Below are positions 13,900-27,371 of a stretch of DNA of 64,000 bases, in pieces. Position numbers and translations under genes: made by a program. Under the pieces are notes generated by a model. The model saw only the letters and a program-made list of their open reading frames with translations. It did not search any database and was not told where the DNA came from. Numbering within the stretch: the first letter of the stretch is position 1; every line of letters starts with the position of its first letter. Source of the DNA: Octopus bimaculoides (lineage: Eukaryota); the NCBI RefSeq assembly GCF_001194135.2, contig NC_068996.1:39306114-39370113 (forward strand), given 5' to 3'.

Positions 13900-14650
13900 T
13901 CACAACACTTATACCATCAAAATCTTTAAGGCTTAATTTTTCTCATTGTACTTCTTGATATATAATACAGTAGAGAAAAACAAAGAAATAACTGATGGCT
14001 TTTGTAAATTGCTTCACAAAACTAGCATGTCTGCCTACCATATTAGGGGCACTACCACGCATAACCAAAGCTACTTCTGACAAATCTATTTGTCTTTCAC
14101 AAAACATTTGACAACAGTCAGCTCTGTCTTTTCCAGACATGTTTTCAAGGCTAATTCTCTTAATCAGCTCACAATTTATAGTCTCCATGAAAATATTGTG
14201 CAATAATAGCTAATGGAACTGATGATATTATATCAAACAAAGCAATTTCATATGTTAGCATTCGTTTTTGTAACTCTGTTTTCAGCAGTAGTTCTTCTTA
14301 TTGTTATTTCATTCACATGTTCTCTATAGCAGCATCTGTATTATGAAAGTCATCATATAAAAATAGTGCATGTTTATCAAAAACTTTTTTAATATACGCC
14401 ATCACATTGTGAATTTGTATAAAGGATAGTTGTATGCAAACTTGTAGCTACTAAGTGGTAAGGTTCTATCAAAAAACTTAAATGGTATTGCTTCTGATTT
14501 AGCTGTTGAGATGTATATATATATTCTTTGTAGTCTTCGACAAATTTCTCTAAGAGTGACTGGTGCCTAGTATCAAAAGGCAATTTGATACTAATTCCAA
14601 GTTCTACTCACAGTTTGTACTTTACTGAAAAAATATGTACAGTTTTTTGA
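13900..14650 (-). mobile_element. hAT (Buster/Charlie/SPIN-type, GTF2IRD2/ZBED8-like) transposase fossil
   Basis: Broken frames give FDTRHQSLLEKF..., YIKKVFDKHALFLYDDFHNTDAAIENM..ITIRRTTAENRV and ELIKRISLENMSGKD...IDLSEVALVMRGSAPNMVGRHASFVKQF. These are collinear with Buster motifs (LS.NTV.RRI; TTDGAPSMVG..GFV). Multiple stops and frameshifts. Confidence 0.7.
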
Positions 14651-14739
14651 AACTGTGAAACTTTAAAATGTGTTGGCTTTAGCAAGCTTTTTAGAATATG
14701 TTATTGAAGAAAGAATTGTTTCTTTGACAGTCGATCATA

Positions 14740-15750
14740 TGTTCTCTTAAAACCCATTGTGTGTCACTTGTGAGTTATATGGCATACACCTAGGACTGGA
14801 AGATATGTTAGTTCTAGATCAATCCCAGTCACTTGGTCTTATGATCAATAATGTATGGGTACATAGCTCAAAAACACCCTTGATCAGATGGACCTATGAT
14901 CAAAGAGATGCAGTGTACTCGCTGCGTCTCTTGTGTACCTGTAAACATTTGCAATTCTCAGCTCCTGTTTACTCTTCTTCTTCACATTAATGTGGCACCC
15001 TCCTTGATGGTAGCAAAAGTCCTTTACTACTTGTCTAAATCTTTGTCTTTGCTAAGTTTGCCAAAATATTAGAGAAATTATGAATTTGGAAGCAGAGCCT
15101 AGAATCAAGAGGTTTTAAGGTAGACTCAGCTGTGAAAACTAGGTCATCAGCATACAAGCAAGTCTAGTCTTAGGATCTTGTGAAAAAGTTGTAGAAATTG
15201 TTGTTAAAAATTACTATATTAAGTCTTCTTTGTTTTGGAAACAAAGCACTCTTTTCATTCATTATTTGAATGTCAACTAATCAATATATGTCAGTTTCAG
15301 TTGAAAACATAGACATCTTAGATTTAAAGGTAGCAGTCTGTATTAATCTTCCTTTCTTTTGGTCTAAAGATCTGCTCTCTGCTTCATGTAGATTGAAACT
15401 TAATTTGTACCTTAACCATATCACTATATATACTTGCTGTATGCTACACTACCTTCGTACATAATTTTTTAAAAGTCTATTTTCAATGTATAGGATCTAA
15501 TCATGGTTACAATCAGTAGAGAAAGTTCAGAACCCTTGCTATTCAGCTACATTCATTGCTCTCTGTTGCTTTTGCTTAGGCATTCAGTAATCACATTGCC
15601 AGATTTATTTAAGAGCACACTTGGTTCACAGACACTCAGCAACCATACGTTGGCTCATTTTTGCAAATAGTATGTCCATTCTGTTGTTGTGAGCAGAATA
15701 TCAAATGCCCTTCAGCAGGTTTCATTTGAGGAAGCTGATTTGATCCTCTC
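14740..15750 (-). mobile_element. Old RTE-clade LINE fragment
   Basis: CLYADDLVF at about 15134-15160; degenerate similarity to the other RTE copies. Confidence 0.6.
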
Positions 15751-17247
15751 CCTTGTTATAAATATAGAAAATTACTGCATTTTTTTGTTCTTGTTGCCAC
15801 TAAACACTGTGCTGCTCAGCTAGATGCTTTCACAACTTACGCGTATCTACTTTTTACAGAAACTTTTTGAGTATTCCTTTTACTTGCATCGTGTAATAAA
15901 TTTTACTCACATGCATTTTGTCACCACAAACTGAATATTATGAACATTTGTTTCTTAAACTATGTCTTCTTCAGGAATCTTAAACATTTGCTCACTAGCA
16001 AACTTTTGTTATTTTCTGTATGCATTCACACATGTCCATCAGAAGGTGTCTTCCGATAATAGCTTATTTTTTTAATAAGTTCCTACAGTTTTTCTTTCAT
16101 TCACATGCGGACTCATAATCACACTTTTCGAGTTATTGCTTACTAGCCACCATCACACTGATAATCACTAACTTTTTCCTCCTAAAATTCAATAAATATA
16201 TACAAAATTTGTATATAATAGAAAGCTGTAACAATATGGACAGAACATTAAAAAGAAGAGAAAAATATTTATTTTGGTATTTTAGTTTCGTGTGGTTGTA
16301 AGATTGTAAAAGGATGTGGAATTTGAGTTGTGTGTAAAGAATTGGGTCAGATAATATATGCACTTCATTCAATTCAAGCTACTTAAACGAATGGTTTTAC
16401 ACTTTTAATCAAGATGTCTTCTTTAATCTATAGGTTTCCAATGTTACACTCCCTTATTTGGATGGTGGTGATGTCCTTGTTCCTGAATGCTGTAGAATGC
16501 CCCTTGAATTGAATGCCTAATGGCCAAATTGTGCTGTCTTCGTGATATTTGTTAAGCATTTCCATAGCTGCTTATCTAACCCTTCCCTGCAGATGTCATT
16601 ACAGATAATAGTTGTACTTCCACTGAAATGGGATGATTTCAGGAAATTATCCCATTTTTCTGTTTCTTGGCCTTGAGAGTAACTAGTATTGGATTCCACA
16701 GTATGATCTCATACTGCAAAGATGTATGTATCTTTGAAGATAGTTGTGAGAGATAGTTATTTGGATGGTAATCCTTTCTACTATAGGCACAATGCCAGAA
16801 ATTTGGTGGGAGGGGGTAAGTCAATCACATCAACCCCAGTACTTGATTGGTTTTTAATCTATTGACCCTGAAAGGATGAAAGGTAAAGTTGACCTCAGTG
16901 GAATTTGAACTCAGAATGTGAAGGCAGACAAAATGTCAAGCATTTTGCCTGGTGTGCTAATGCTTCTGCCAGCTTGCCACCTTATTTGGATGATAATGCA
17001 AAAGACACTTGTATGGGGTGACATGGAATGGATATAACCATTTTGTATAATGAATAAAGCTCATACTTGATTACAGTGATATTCTAGGATAAATACCTCA
17101 TCCTTCCAATCACTGTCATTTTACTGTTCTTATTCTCATTATCTTTATACTCTGCTGCTAAATGCATGCATATTGCTAATTATTTTATGCGGGTTTCTTT
17201 TATAGACTGTTTTTGGCTAGCTTGTGTAATATAAATTATCTTGTTTG

Positions 17248-17293
<46 letters not shown>

Positions 17294-17444
17294 CACACAC
17301 ATTATTAAAGTAAGATGGCTAAGTGTGATCTGAGGGGAATTTGGCTGTTTATAATTGGTTGAGTTAGAGTAGCTTGTGTAAACATGATTAATGAGTTGCA
17401 TAGGGTGTGATAAGTTATGGGAAGAGCAGCTGACAGTGTTTCTG

Positions 17445-17482
<38 letters not shown>

Positions 17483-17982
17483 GCTGCATATTTAATCTGT
17501 GAATCTTCTTTGTTACCTGTTGAAAATTACGATGCAACTATGTTTCCACCTGATATGCATTGAAATGTGTTTTCTATAACTGGGTGGAGTGTGTTAGCCC
17601 CATGTCACACCTGCATTACAAAAGTCAAAGTGCCTCTTCTACCATGAAACCTACCCAGTTTAGGTGAACTTATGGGTGTATAAGGCATGTTGGTAATTTG
17701 CAGATTCAGGGAAGCATTAATGTCTCCCCACCACAAATTTAGTTTGCTTTTATTCTTTCCGAGAAAGAAAAACCCAGCCAATATTTAATGTTTTAATTCT
17801 CACAACACTTAAAGATCACCTAACATTCATAAAATTATATATATATATATACACACCACAGTCATTTTGTGATCTTTGCTACCCTGGTATCTATTAACCA
17901 ATTTATTTTGTCGGAGTTAATTATTAACTTAGAGAAAATAAATACATATAATAATATATATATATTATACACGCACACACAG

Positions 17983-18207
17983 AGGGTGACCCAAAAGTCA
18001 CAATGGTGTTCATTTATGTTTTAAATTTGATAACTTAGCACCACATACAATATATATATATATGTGCACACACACACATACACACACACAGAGGAAATAT
18101 ATGTATATTAGGAGTAAAGAGTTACATTTTGAGAATTATAAATAAAAATATGTAATTAAAACAAATTTATTAAAACTCTTAGACTGCTGTGACTTTTGAA
18201 CCACCCT
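17983..18207. mobile_element. Tc1/mariner-type MITE remnant
   Basis: TIRs AGGGTGACCCAAAAGTCACA / TGTGACTTTTGAACCACCCT (17/20); interior invaded by microsatellites. Confidence 0.65.
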
Positions 18208-18903
18208 ACACACACACACACACATGCACACACACAACTTTTGTGTGTTGTAATTTAATGAAATAAAATATTCCCTGATGATCTGTTGTGGTTGAGCATC
18301 TAAATGCACTTGAAATGCCTGTTGCTGGACTCCACATAACCATAATGGTGAAGCGTGCATAGGAGCTAAAGCATAAACTTGTATTTATTCTCATATACAC
18401 ATACATACATACATACACACACATACAAGCATGATGTTTCTTGTGATTTTCCAGATTCTATTTTTTGAATTATTTCACCTACTGTATTTACACATATATG
18501 CTTTTGTGTGTGTGTGTATACACACAGAACTATAGCTGCTACTTGCAGGCAAATCTAACATAGTAGTATGCACCATACTGCTAATTGTTTTAAGTGCTTG
18601 TGTACTGGCAAGCAGATTTAGACGTGCTTTTGATCCTGCTCTTGGCTCAGCAAAATGTCAAGGATGTGGAAGCTTTAGAGAAAGAGGGCTGCAACAGCAC
18701 CCTACTGTTATTCATTTTCCAGCTGAGTAGGCTGGAAAAATATGAAACAAAGTGCCTTGCTTAAGGAAACACTGCACCATCCATTCTAGGAATCAATCCT
18801 GTAATCTCATGATAGTGTGTCTAGAACCCTATGCATTAGCCTACAGATATATATATATATATATATATATGTATTAGGACAGTGTGTTATATATGTATAC
18901 ATA

Positions 18904-19299
18904 GGTGCAGGCGTAGCTGTATGTTAAGAAGCTTGCTTCTTTATCACATGTTTCCGGGTTCAGTCCTACTGCGTGGCACCTTGGGCAGGTGTCTTCTACT
19001 ATAGCCTTGAACTGACCAAAGCCTTATGAATGGATTTGGTAGATGGAAACTGAGAGAAGCCCATCATATGCATGTATATATGTCTTTGCGTCTGTTTGTC
19101 CTCTCGCCAGCGCTTGACAACTGATGTTGGTGTGTTTACGTCCTCGTAACTTAGTGGTTCTGTAAAAGAGACTGATGGAATAAATACTAGGACTACAGAG
19201 AATAAGTCCTGAGGTTGATTTCTTCAACTAAAAAAAAACCCTTTAATGTGGTGCTCCAGCATGGCTGCAGTCAAATGACAAACAAGTAAAAGAAAAGAA
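18904..19299 (+). mobile_element. SINE family A
   Basis: Full-length similarity to 45598-46004. Confidence 0.88.
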
Positions 19300-19559
19300 T
19301 GTATATTGTGTGTGTGTGTATCAGCATTTGCACATTCGCTTTTCCTTGCGTGGGTTGCACTGGTTTTTTCCAACACTGTGTCTTACTATTTGTTTCACTT
19401 TTTATAATTTTTTTTGGGTGGGTCAACATGTTGAGATTAGCTTCCACCACTTCTGTCCATGTCTTACTCTTGTACTTGAATATCCTAGCTTATCTTTACC
19501 TATCTGTTATATTGTCCTTATGCATCTTGTGTCCATACCAACAAAGTCTTCGCTCTTGC

Positions 19560-20280
19560 ACACTGCAACTGATTATTCTGAACTCATACGTACGCATCAT
19601 TCATGCATACTAACATTACATATCCAGCAGAGTGTACTTATTGCATCATTATTTCTCTCTAAACTTTGTGCGATGTCTGCATTCAGTTCCCACATTTCAC
19701 TATGATGCAGCATTACACTTCACACATGTTGAAACATACATTTTATACTTTGCTTGAAGAGAGAGATTCTTCTTCCTCCCACCCACTCCCACTCCCCACT
19801 GTTGCCAGCAGAAGTAATAGCTCTCTGAACTTTTTCCACCTTGTCTTTATTCTGGCTATTATGCTTTCAGACTCCTTCGCTGCTGATTAGATTGTCTTGG
19901 TAACAGAAGCTATCAACTACTCCTACGGGGCCTTCCAAGCATTTTGAAGGAATTAAATTCACTACACTGCACAGACTGCAAACTTGTGTAATTGCAACTC
20001 TGATAGTCTGATGTTGAATTGGTTAGTCCTCAAGGTCTATTTCTCTACCTCTTAAATTGAGTGTGCAATCTCTTGTTGACATTTGATCGTATTCTTGCAC
20101 ATGGTCAGATGATGTTTCCACCTAACCATCCCAATACTGTGCACAGCACTAACGAGGCTTTCTGTTAGGTTCTACAGTGTCCATTTTGAAATGTGTTGGT
20201 TCTTAGGTTCTTAATTCAGTTACAAGTCTTCTTGATGGGTTGCCTTCATTGCCCGTCTCGGGGAGCTGTAACTGAATAGA
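19560..20280 (-). mobile_element. RTE LINE 3' fragment
   Basis: Nucleotide similarity to 3050-3250 (cagaagctatcaactac, ctctgaactttttccacc). Confidence 0.6.
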
Positions 20281-20749
20281 TGTTGAGATGGTATAGTAGA
20301 GGTGCTTTAGCTAGAAAACCATTGTCTGTCTGTTGTATACACACATACACACAAAGTTTATGAAATCATACACATTTAAGAATGAGAATTAAAAAATTGG
20401 GATTTCTGGAAAAATTTCTACTTACTCCACATGGTATTCTCACATGTTTAAAACATGTGAGATACAGAAGCAAAAAATACAAAAATAATCATAAAATGGA
20501 AAATTGCAGTTGATTTTGTGTGCTGAAATGGAGAAAAGGAAGGGGCAAAAAAAAATTTTTTTTTTTTTATCAAATTTTAAAAATATTTATTTTGAAGAAT
20601 TGCAATTTCCTTTGTATCCTTGCTGATTCTGTATCCTCTTTATGTTTTACAAGATATATAAAACACTTAGAAATTCATTTTGGTCTTTGCATATGCACAA
20701 AGACTTAACACAATTTCAGCTTTCTATCTATAACGACCTGGTTCCTTAA

Positions 20750-20972
20750 CCCTTTAGCATTCAGGTTGCTCTTTCAAATGTAACACTTATGTATTCACAT
20801 TGTTTTGACTTAATAATCATGCATTATCTCATAGCTTTGAGATTTCACTGATGTGATTGTTTATTTGTAGAATGACATTGTAGGATAGGTGTGAGAGATC
20901 AGATCTGTCCTATTTGAACATAAAGCAAATAGAATATTTTGGCTGGATATGGCTGGTTTAAATGCTAAGGGG
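20750..20972. mobile_element. TTAA-flanked (piggyBac-type) MITE, family P1
   Basis: TTAA|CCCTTTAGCATT ... AATGCTAAGGGG|TTAA; second copy at 33588-33800. Confidence 0.8.
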
Positions 20973-22597
20973 TTAATTTTAGTCATAAACCTAAATCCTT
21001 ATCAACTATCTTGAAACTATAACCTTAACCATATTCCTTATTCTAAACTCTAAATTCCAGTCTGCAACTAAATCCTAAAGCCTTAATCTCTAACCCTCAC
21101 CCTAAACTTAAAATTCTATTGTACTTTGTAATGCAACTTTTAGTTTGACAACCTGTGACCATTTCAACTGTTGATAGATATTGTATATAAAGTCTTTTGA
21201 ATTCTATTTTCAATGAAAGCATTATGTATATGGTTTTCTTCCTCTGTGTGTATAAACACACATGCATACATGCACACTCATATATGCACACACACATAAC
21301 ACCTTCATATATTTGTATGTATATATATATATACCGAGACACACACACACACACACACTCAAACACACAAGCTGAAAAAAATATTTTGCACATAATTAGC
21401 AAAGTGAGTAACACTATCCATTGAATAACTTGCTCAAGGTTGTTGCATCTTTTTTCTTCAAAAAAATTTTGTAGAGATACAAACTGAAGGTATGTTAATG
21501 AAAGCTTTAATGAACAATTATATAGTATGCAGTAATGAAAGCATTGTTCCCACCTTCATTTCTAAGTAATCTTTTATTCCCTACTTTCGTGTTACATAAC
21601 CATATAATAACATATGTTAAGTCATTTATATTCAACAAGACGAGAATGTTCTACATATTTAGCACCAATATAATGCTGCCTACCTCTGTAGTGTGATCAT
21701 GTATATGTACATCTGTGCTTCTGTATATAGAAAAGGACCCCTTTCAGTCATGAATGACTATGGGATTGCACCTAGAAAGTTCCCCTCCGAGGCACAAGTC
21801 CAGGCAAGATTGTTTATGGAAGACCAGCAGTTACCCATGCATACTGGCCCCCCTTCTCCATGTCACTGATGTCATCCAGTGGAAAGGCAAAGGCTGATGC
21901 AACTTGGTACCTGTGATGTCGCAACTCATTTCTACAGCTGAGTGAACTGGAACAATGTGAAATAAAGAGTCTTGCTCAAGAACATGACACATAGCCTGGT
22001 CTGGGAATCAAACTCACTATCTAGTAATTGTGAACCCAATTCTCTAGCTACTGAGCCATGCACCTTCACTATATTAAATACANNNNNNNNNNNNNNNNNN
22101 NNNNNNNNNNNNNNNNNNNNNNNNNNNNNNNNNNNNNNNNNNNNNNNNNNNNNNNNNNNNNNNNNNNNNNNNNNNNNNNNNNNNNNNNNNNNNNNNNNNN
22201 NNNNNNNNNNNNNNNNNNNNNNNNNNNNNNNNNNNNNNNNNNNNNNNNNNNNNNNNNNNNNNNNNNNNNNNNNNNNNNNNNNNNNNNNNNNNNNNNNNNN
22301 NNNNNNNNNNNNNNNNNNNNNNNNNNNNNNNNNNNNNNNNNNNNNNNNNNNNNNNNNNNNNNNNNNNNNNNNNNNNNNNNNNNNNNNNNNNNNNNNNNNN
22401 NNNNNNNNNNNNNNNNNNNNNNNNNNNNNNNNNNNNNNNNNNNNNNNNNNNNNNNNNNNNNNNNNNNNNNNNNNNNNNNNNNNNNNNNNNNNNNNNNNNN
22501 NNNNNNNNNNNNNNNNNNNNNNNNNNNNNNNNNNNNNNNNNNNNNNNNNNNNNNNNNNNNNNNNNNNNNNNNNNNNNNNNNNNNNNNNNNNNNNNNT

Positions 22598-22729
22598 ATG
22601 TATGTATGTATGTATGTATGTATGTATGTATGTATGTATGTATGTATGTATGTATGTATGTATGTATGTATGTATGTATGTATGTATGTATGTATGTATG
22701 TATGTATGTATGTATGTATGTATGTATGT
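22598..22729. repeat. (TATG)n microsatellite next to a gap
   Basis: Pure tetranucleotide run. Representative of dozens of (TA)n, (CA)n, (TATG)n, (TAA)n and (CAT)n arrays across the window. Confidence 0.99.
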
Positions 22730-24457
22730 CTAGTGATGGTCTACCCTTGAACAGGTCCTGTGCATGTGAACCTACAGCACCCACTTTACAACCTGCCATA
22801 CCCTTCCACAGTTAAGTACATTACAAGAACTTGGAAAATACCATGACTAGATTTGGGATGAATACTAGAATGGTTTCCCCATTGCCTTCTCCAGACAGGT
22901 GGGATTTGAACTCAGTATGTAGAGAACTGGAAGATATACTGTGAAGCATTTCTGCTGGAACATCAACAGTTCTGTCACTCTCCCACCTGCAGAGCAATAT
23001 GAAATAGTGTTTTTGCTCAAAAACACAACACAGCACCCAGTCCAGGATTGAACCCACAACCTAGTGATTGTGAGTGCAACACACTAACCATTAGGTCACA
23101 TGCCTTCACACACAGACAATACACATATATACATGTCATGACAATAGCTTAGTGTTTTCACTATCTTCATTTCGTCATAGCTTTCTTAATAATGCATACT
23201 TTTTTTAATAAAATTTCCAGCAATACATTTTGGGATATACCTGCAGTTTATTTGCACACCCCTCGCTGGCTTGGTTTCTTAATAAGGCAAATTTTTTTAA
23301 AGACTATTTTTTAGTGTTACTTTTTGGGGGCAGTTTTAAGGTGTAGATTGTAATTATGCTTAGAAGTTTAAAAAAATATTCCTTTTCTCTCTGAACGAGA
23401 AAATGTCTAACTTTATAACTTGAAAAACTTTTGCATGATTGTTGGGTTTTTTCTTTGGCTCATGAAATTAGTCATTTAAGTTCAAAAGGAAAATGCTTCT
23501 ACATATTTGGCATGCAGGCACATAGTCTGTGTGTGTGTGCACACACATGCATATTTTAACATATGTATGTCTGTTTATATATATAAATTTTTACACACAA
23601 TCTTCTGACTTATTCTATATTTGCATTTATAAAATGCAATTTAAGCATGAGGGCATGGTCTAAATAAATATTTATTTATATCTCATAATACAGCTTATAC
23701 ATAGTGAAAGTAATTTTATATAAATCTGATGTTAGTCCAGTATTGCATCACATGTAACAAACAATTTAACTTTGGAAATGTTTTGCTTTTCATCAAAGCA
23801 AATCGTAAATATGTCAACCACATAAAACATAGCTACACACCACTTTCACTTTTTACGTGTTAGTTTTATGCTCACATACAGAATTCACCTTTTTTTTTTT
23901 TTTGTTTAAACCTTTCCCAGTGCTTTCAGGAATTTTGTATTTGTGGTGCTTTTCTTACTTCAGACTTTGGAATGTTGAATACAAACAAAATTATTGACTC
24001 TATATCGCTTAAAATTATTTGTTGTCTATCTCAACTTCCTTCCATTTTGTTTGTCATGTGAGTATAAGTTGAAACGGCTTTAGCTAGAGCCTGAAATTGG
24101 GTCATACAATTTAATGAATAGACCATGTCGTGCAGGGAGCTTACCTTCTATAAAAACTACTTTCAGTGTTCAGTCAATTATGGAAAGAAACGTATTCTTA
24201 CCTGTGTATGTATAAATGAAATCTAGGAAATAGTGAAGAAAAAGCTCTTTCATGTTGTGAACATGATTACAAACCAATTTTTTCATTTAAGCAAGAAGGA
24301 AAGAGAAAACTTTTTCTTGTTCTCTCTCACATTTTGATCGCTCTGTGCTAGAAATAGCAGCCAAATCTTCAAGTCACAACACGTTTAAATAAAAGGAGTC
24401 CTCTGTTTTTCCATTCGTCACCATTTCTCCCTTTTTTGAGTACACACGGTCGTTCCT

Positions 24458-24495
<38 letters not shown>

Positions 24496-25294
24496 CATCA
24501 TCATTTAATGTCAACTTTCCACACCAGCATGGGTTGAACGGTTTGTCAGGAGCTGGCCCTTCCTAACACCAAACCACCCCACGATCGGGTGGACAAGTTC
24601 AGAGCTATCTGGACACTTAGAATGCAGAACTCAATGATGAGTCTGAGAGTGACTAAACATTTAATCCATAATCATTAGTCTGACAAAAAGAATATAGATT
24701 AAAGAATTATGGACTAGTAAGGTTGGATTAAACACGTGGGCATATACACATACACTAAATTGGTTCATTGACCAGACCTGTTTTTAATTTCAACAGCAGA
24801 AATGGTTATACCGTAGAATTACAATGCAAGACTTTGCTTTATCTTTTTTTTATTTGTTTTTGTTTAGCTTGTCGATTCTTGGATATCATCAAATTTCTAT
24901 AAAACCTTACTTCAGACATCTTCAATTTTCCATAACTAAAATAATTATACCTAGTTACAAAACACAGCTTAACACATCCTGCTTTTTGGTGGTGTTTGGA
25001 TCTATTTTGTTTTTCAATTGTTTAGTTTGTCCATTGTCATCATTGTTTTTGTGTCTGCTTTTCCATGCTGTCATGGGTTGGATGGAACTTTTTTGGAGTA
25101 AATGTTTTACGACCAAATGCCTTTCCTGACATCAATCCTTTTAGTTCTTTTATGACATGCTGGGATAAACACACACACACACACACATACACACGTGCAT
25201 GCACATGCACGCAAGTACTCATACAAACATAGTCATCATTAATCTTATCCTTGATTCAACCATTGCTGTATGTTATACTTTCATTTATGTATCT

Positions 25295-25620
25295 TTTATC
25301 AGTTTCATTCTTTGGGCTGTGGCCATGCTGGAGCACTGCCTTGAAGGGTTAAGTCGAGAAATCAATCCCAGTACATCTTTTACGCTATCAGTCTCTTCCT
25401 CTGCACCACTAAATTACAGGTACACAAACAAACCAATACACACACATAGATGTAATTGTGTGTGTGTGTGTGTGTGTGTAAATGATTACCTACCAAATTC
25501 ACTCACAAGGCTTTGGTTGACGTAGGCTTATAATAGAAGACACTTGCCCACAGTGCTGCTCAACAGAGCTCATCATGGAGCCATGTGGTTGGGAAGCAGG
25601 CTTAACCACACAGCTATTCC
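25295..25620 (-). mobile_element. SINE family A
   Basis: Reverse complement of family A. Confidence 0.8.
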
Positions 25621-26874
25621 GTGTGTCTGAAGAAAAGAAGCTGTTTTAAAATTTTAATGCAATTTTACAAAATTACAGCACGTATGCATTGTGATTGATC
25701 AAGAAGTAATTAACCAAAGTTTTCTTTGTTAAAGATATCTATGAACAGATGATTAAATGTCTAATGCTTTGAGAGGAAGGGATATCTGCTTCCTTTTCAG
25801 TCATCTACAGGAAGATGTGAGTTCTCTCTGTCTCTCATTCGTTCTTCCACACCTACACACACACAGACGTGTGATTGTGTACGTATAAATACATGCATAC
25901 ATATATACATATATATACATATATATATATCTGTGTGTGTGTGTGTGAGAGAGAGAGAATGAGTGTGAGGAAAATTAAGAAAATGCAAAATTTTTCACCA
26001 TCACACCAAAAGTGAAAAAGAAAGTGAGGGTAGTTAATAGCATGCTGAAAACATTGCACCAAGTAACTGAACAAATGAGACACTATACTTAATTGAAATA
26101 TTGCAGCAAACAACTGCCTGCACTAAATGAAGATACTAAAACACGCCATTATTTATAGCTTTATCTACTTTTGAGTTCCAACATTAAAAATGAACTAAAC
26201 AAGATGTGTTGTACCAAAATGAAACACTGGCCCAAATTAAGACACTGAAACCAATTGAAATGTTGCACCAAGTAACTGCATAAAATTTAGACACTGCACC
26301 AATTTCCATTACTAAATTAAGAGGTTTCATCAAATAACTGTACCTCACAGTTGTTCCTGATATTTAAGCATGTGTTTGCATATTTTCATTTATCTTGTCA
26401 ATGTTCCTGACCATCTTGTTTGGAGGAACCATATTTGAAACAGCATATCATATGCATATCACCATATCGAACAGCATATCATAGTTATTGGTCAGTAATA
26501 ATGATGATAATAATAATAATTATTTCTGGTTTAGGTGAGGATTAGCCAGTTCTGAAGAATTGACTTTGGTGATACTGTAAAACCCCACTGCTTTATTCAT
26601 GCTCTATTTTATCAATCTCTGAAGGGACAAAATGCAATGTTGACCTTAGCTGGATTTGAACTTACAATGTAAAGAACGTGAAGAACTGGAACAAATGTTG
26701 CAAAGCATTTTTTCTAACGCTCTATTAATTCTGCCAGTTTGCTGGCTTAGTAGTAATAATAATAATAATAATAATAATAATGGAAGTGCTATCATGTACA
26801 TTGTTTTGTCAAGGCAGACGAAATATTGCTGAACATTTTACCTGGCGTGCTAACGATTCTGCCAGCTCACCACC

Positions 26875-26906
<32 letters not shown>

Positions 26907-26942
26907 CTTTGATGGCATGCACTGCTCTCTCACTCCTCAATG

Positions 26943-27176
26943 CTAATGGTTTCAAATTTTGCAACAAGGGCAGCCATTTTTTTTTTGGTGGAGGAGGGGG
27001 GATGTTTTGATTACATTGACTCCAGTGTTCCACTGGTACTTAATTTATCGACTCCGAAAGGATGAAAGGTAAAGTCGACCTTAGCGGAATTTGAACTCAG
27101 AATGTAACACCAGGCGAAATACTGCTAAGCATTTTTAGCCCAGTGTGCTAACGAGTCTGCCAGAATGCCACCTTTC
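26943..27176 (-). mobile_element. SINE family B (GGCGAGCTGGCAGAA-type head; TTTCATCCTTTCGGAGTCGATAAA core)
   Basis: Related copies at 16795-16985, 26535-26750 and 26815-26880, each flanked by (TAA)n. Confidence 0.8.
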
Positions 27177-27371
27177 TCACTCAATAATAATAATAATGGT
27201 GATAATGATGATGATTTTGTAGCAGATCTTTTCCAACCATTGTCAATATGGAATATAGACATTACTAAGACAGTATTGAAGCTAACAATAATGACATAAA
27301 CAATGACTATGATGACGATTATAAGAGGGAAGATAACGATGATTATTAGGTGTCTATTATATTAATCTTAC

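Noticed and set aside
16517-16699. Protein-like minus ORF (MESNTSYSQGQETEKWDNFLK...) with an overlapping frame AAMEMLNKYHEDSTIWPLGIQFKG
   Set aside because: No consistent splice sites or recognisable family. It lies among decayed LINE and SINE sequence and is probably element debris.
20985-21110. Degenerate TAACCC/TAAACC-like run
   Set aside because: Too diverged to call an interstitial telomere; low-complexity sequence.
21972-22799. Long ORFs of 230-280 aa (also 44226-44996, 51616-52470, 59241-59960)
   Set aside because: They consist mostly of N-gap codons (X).
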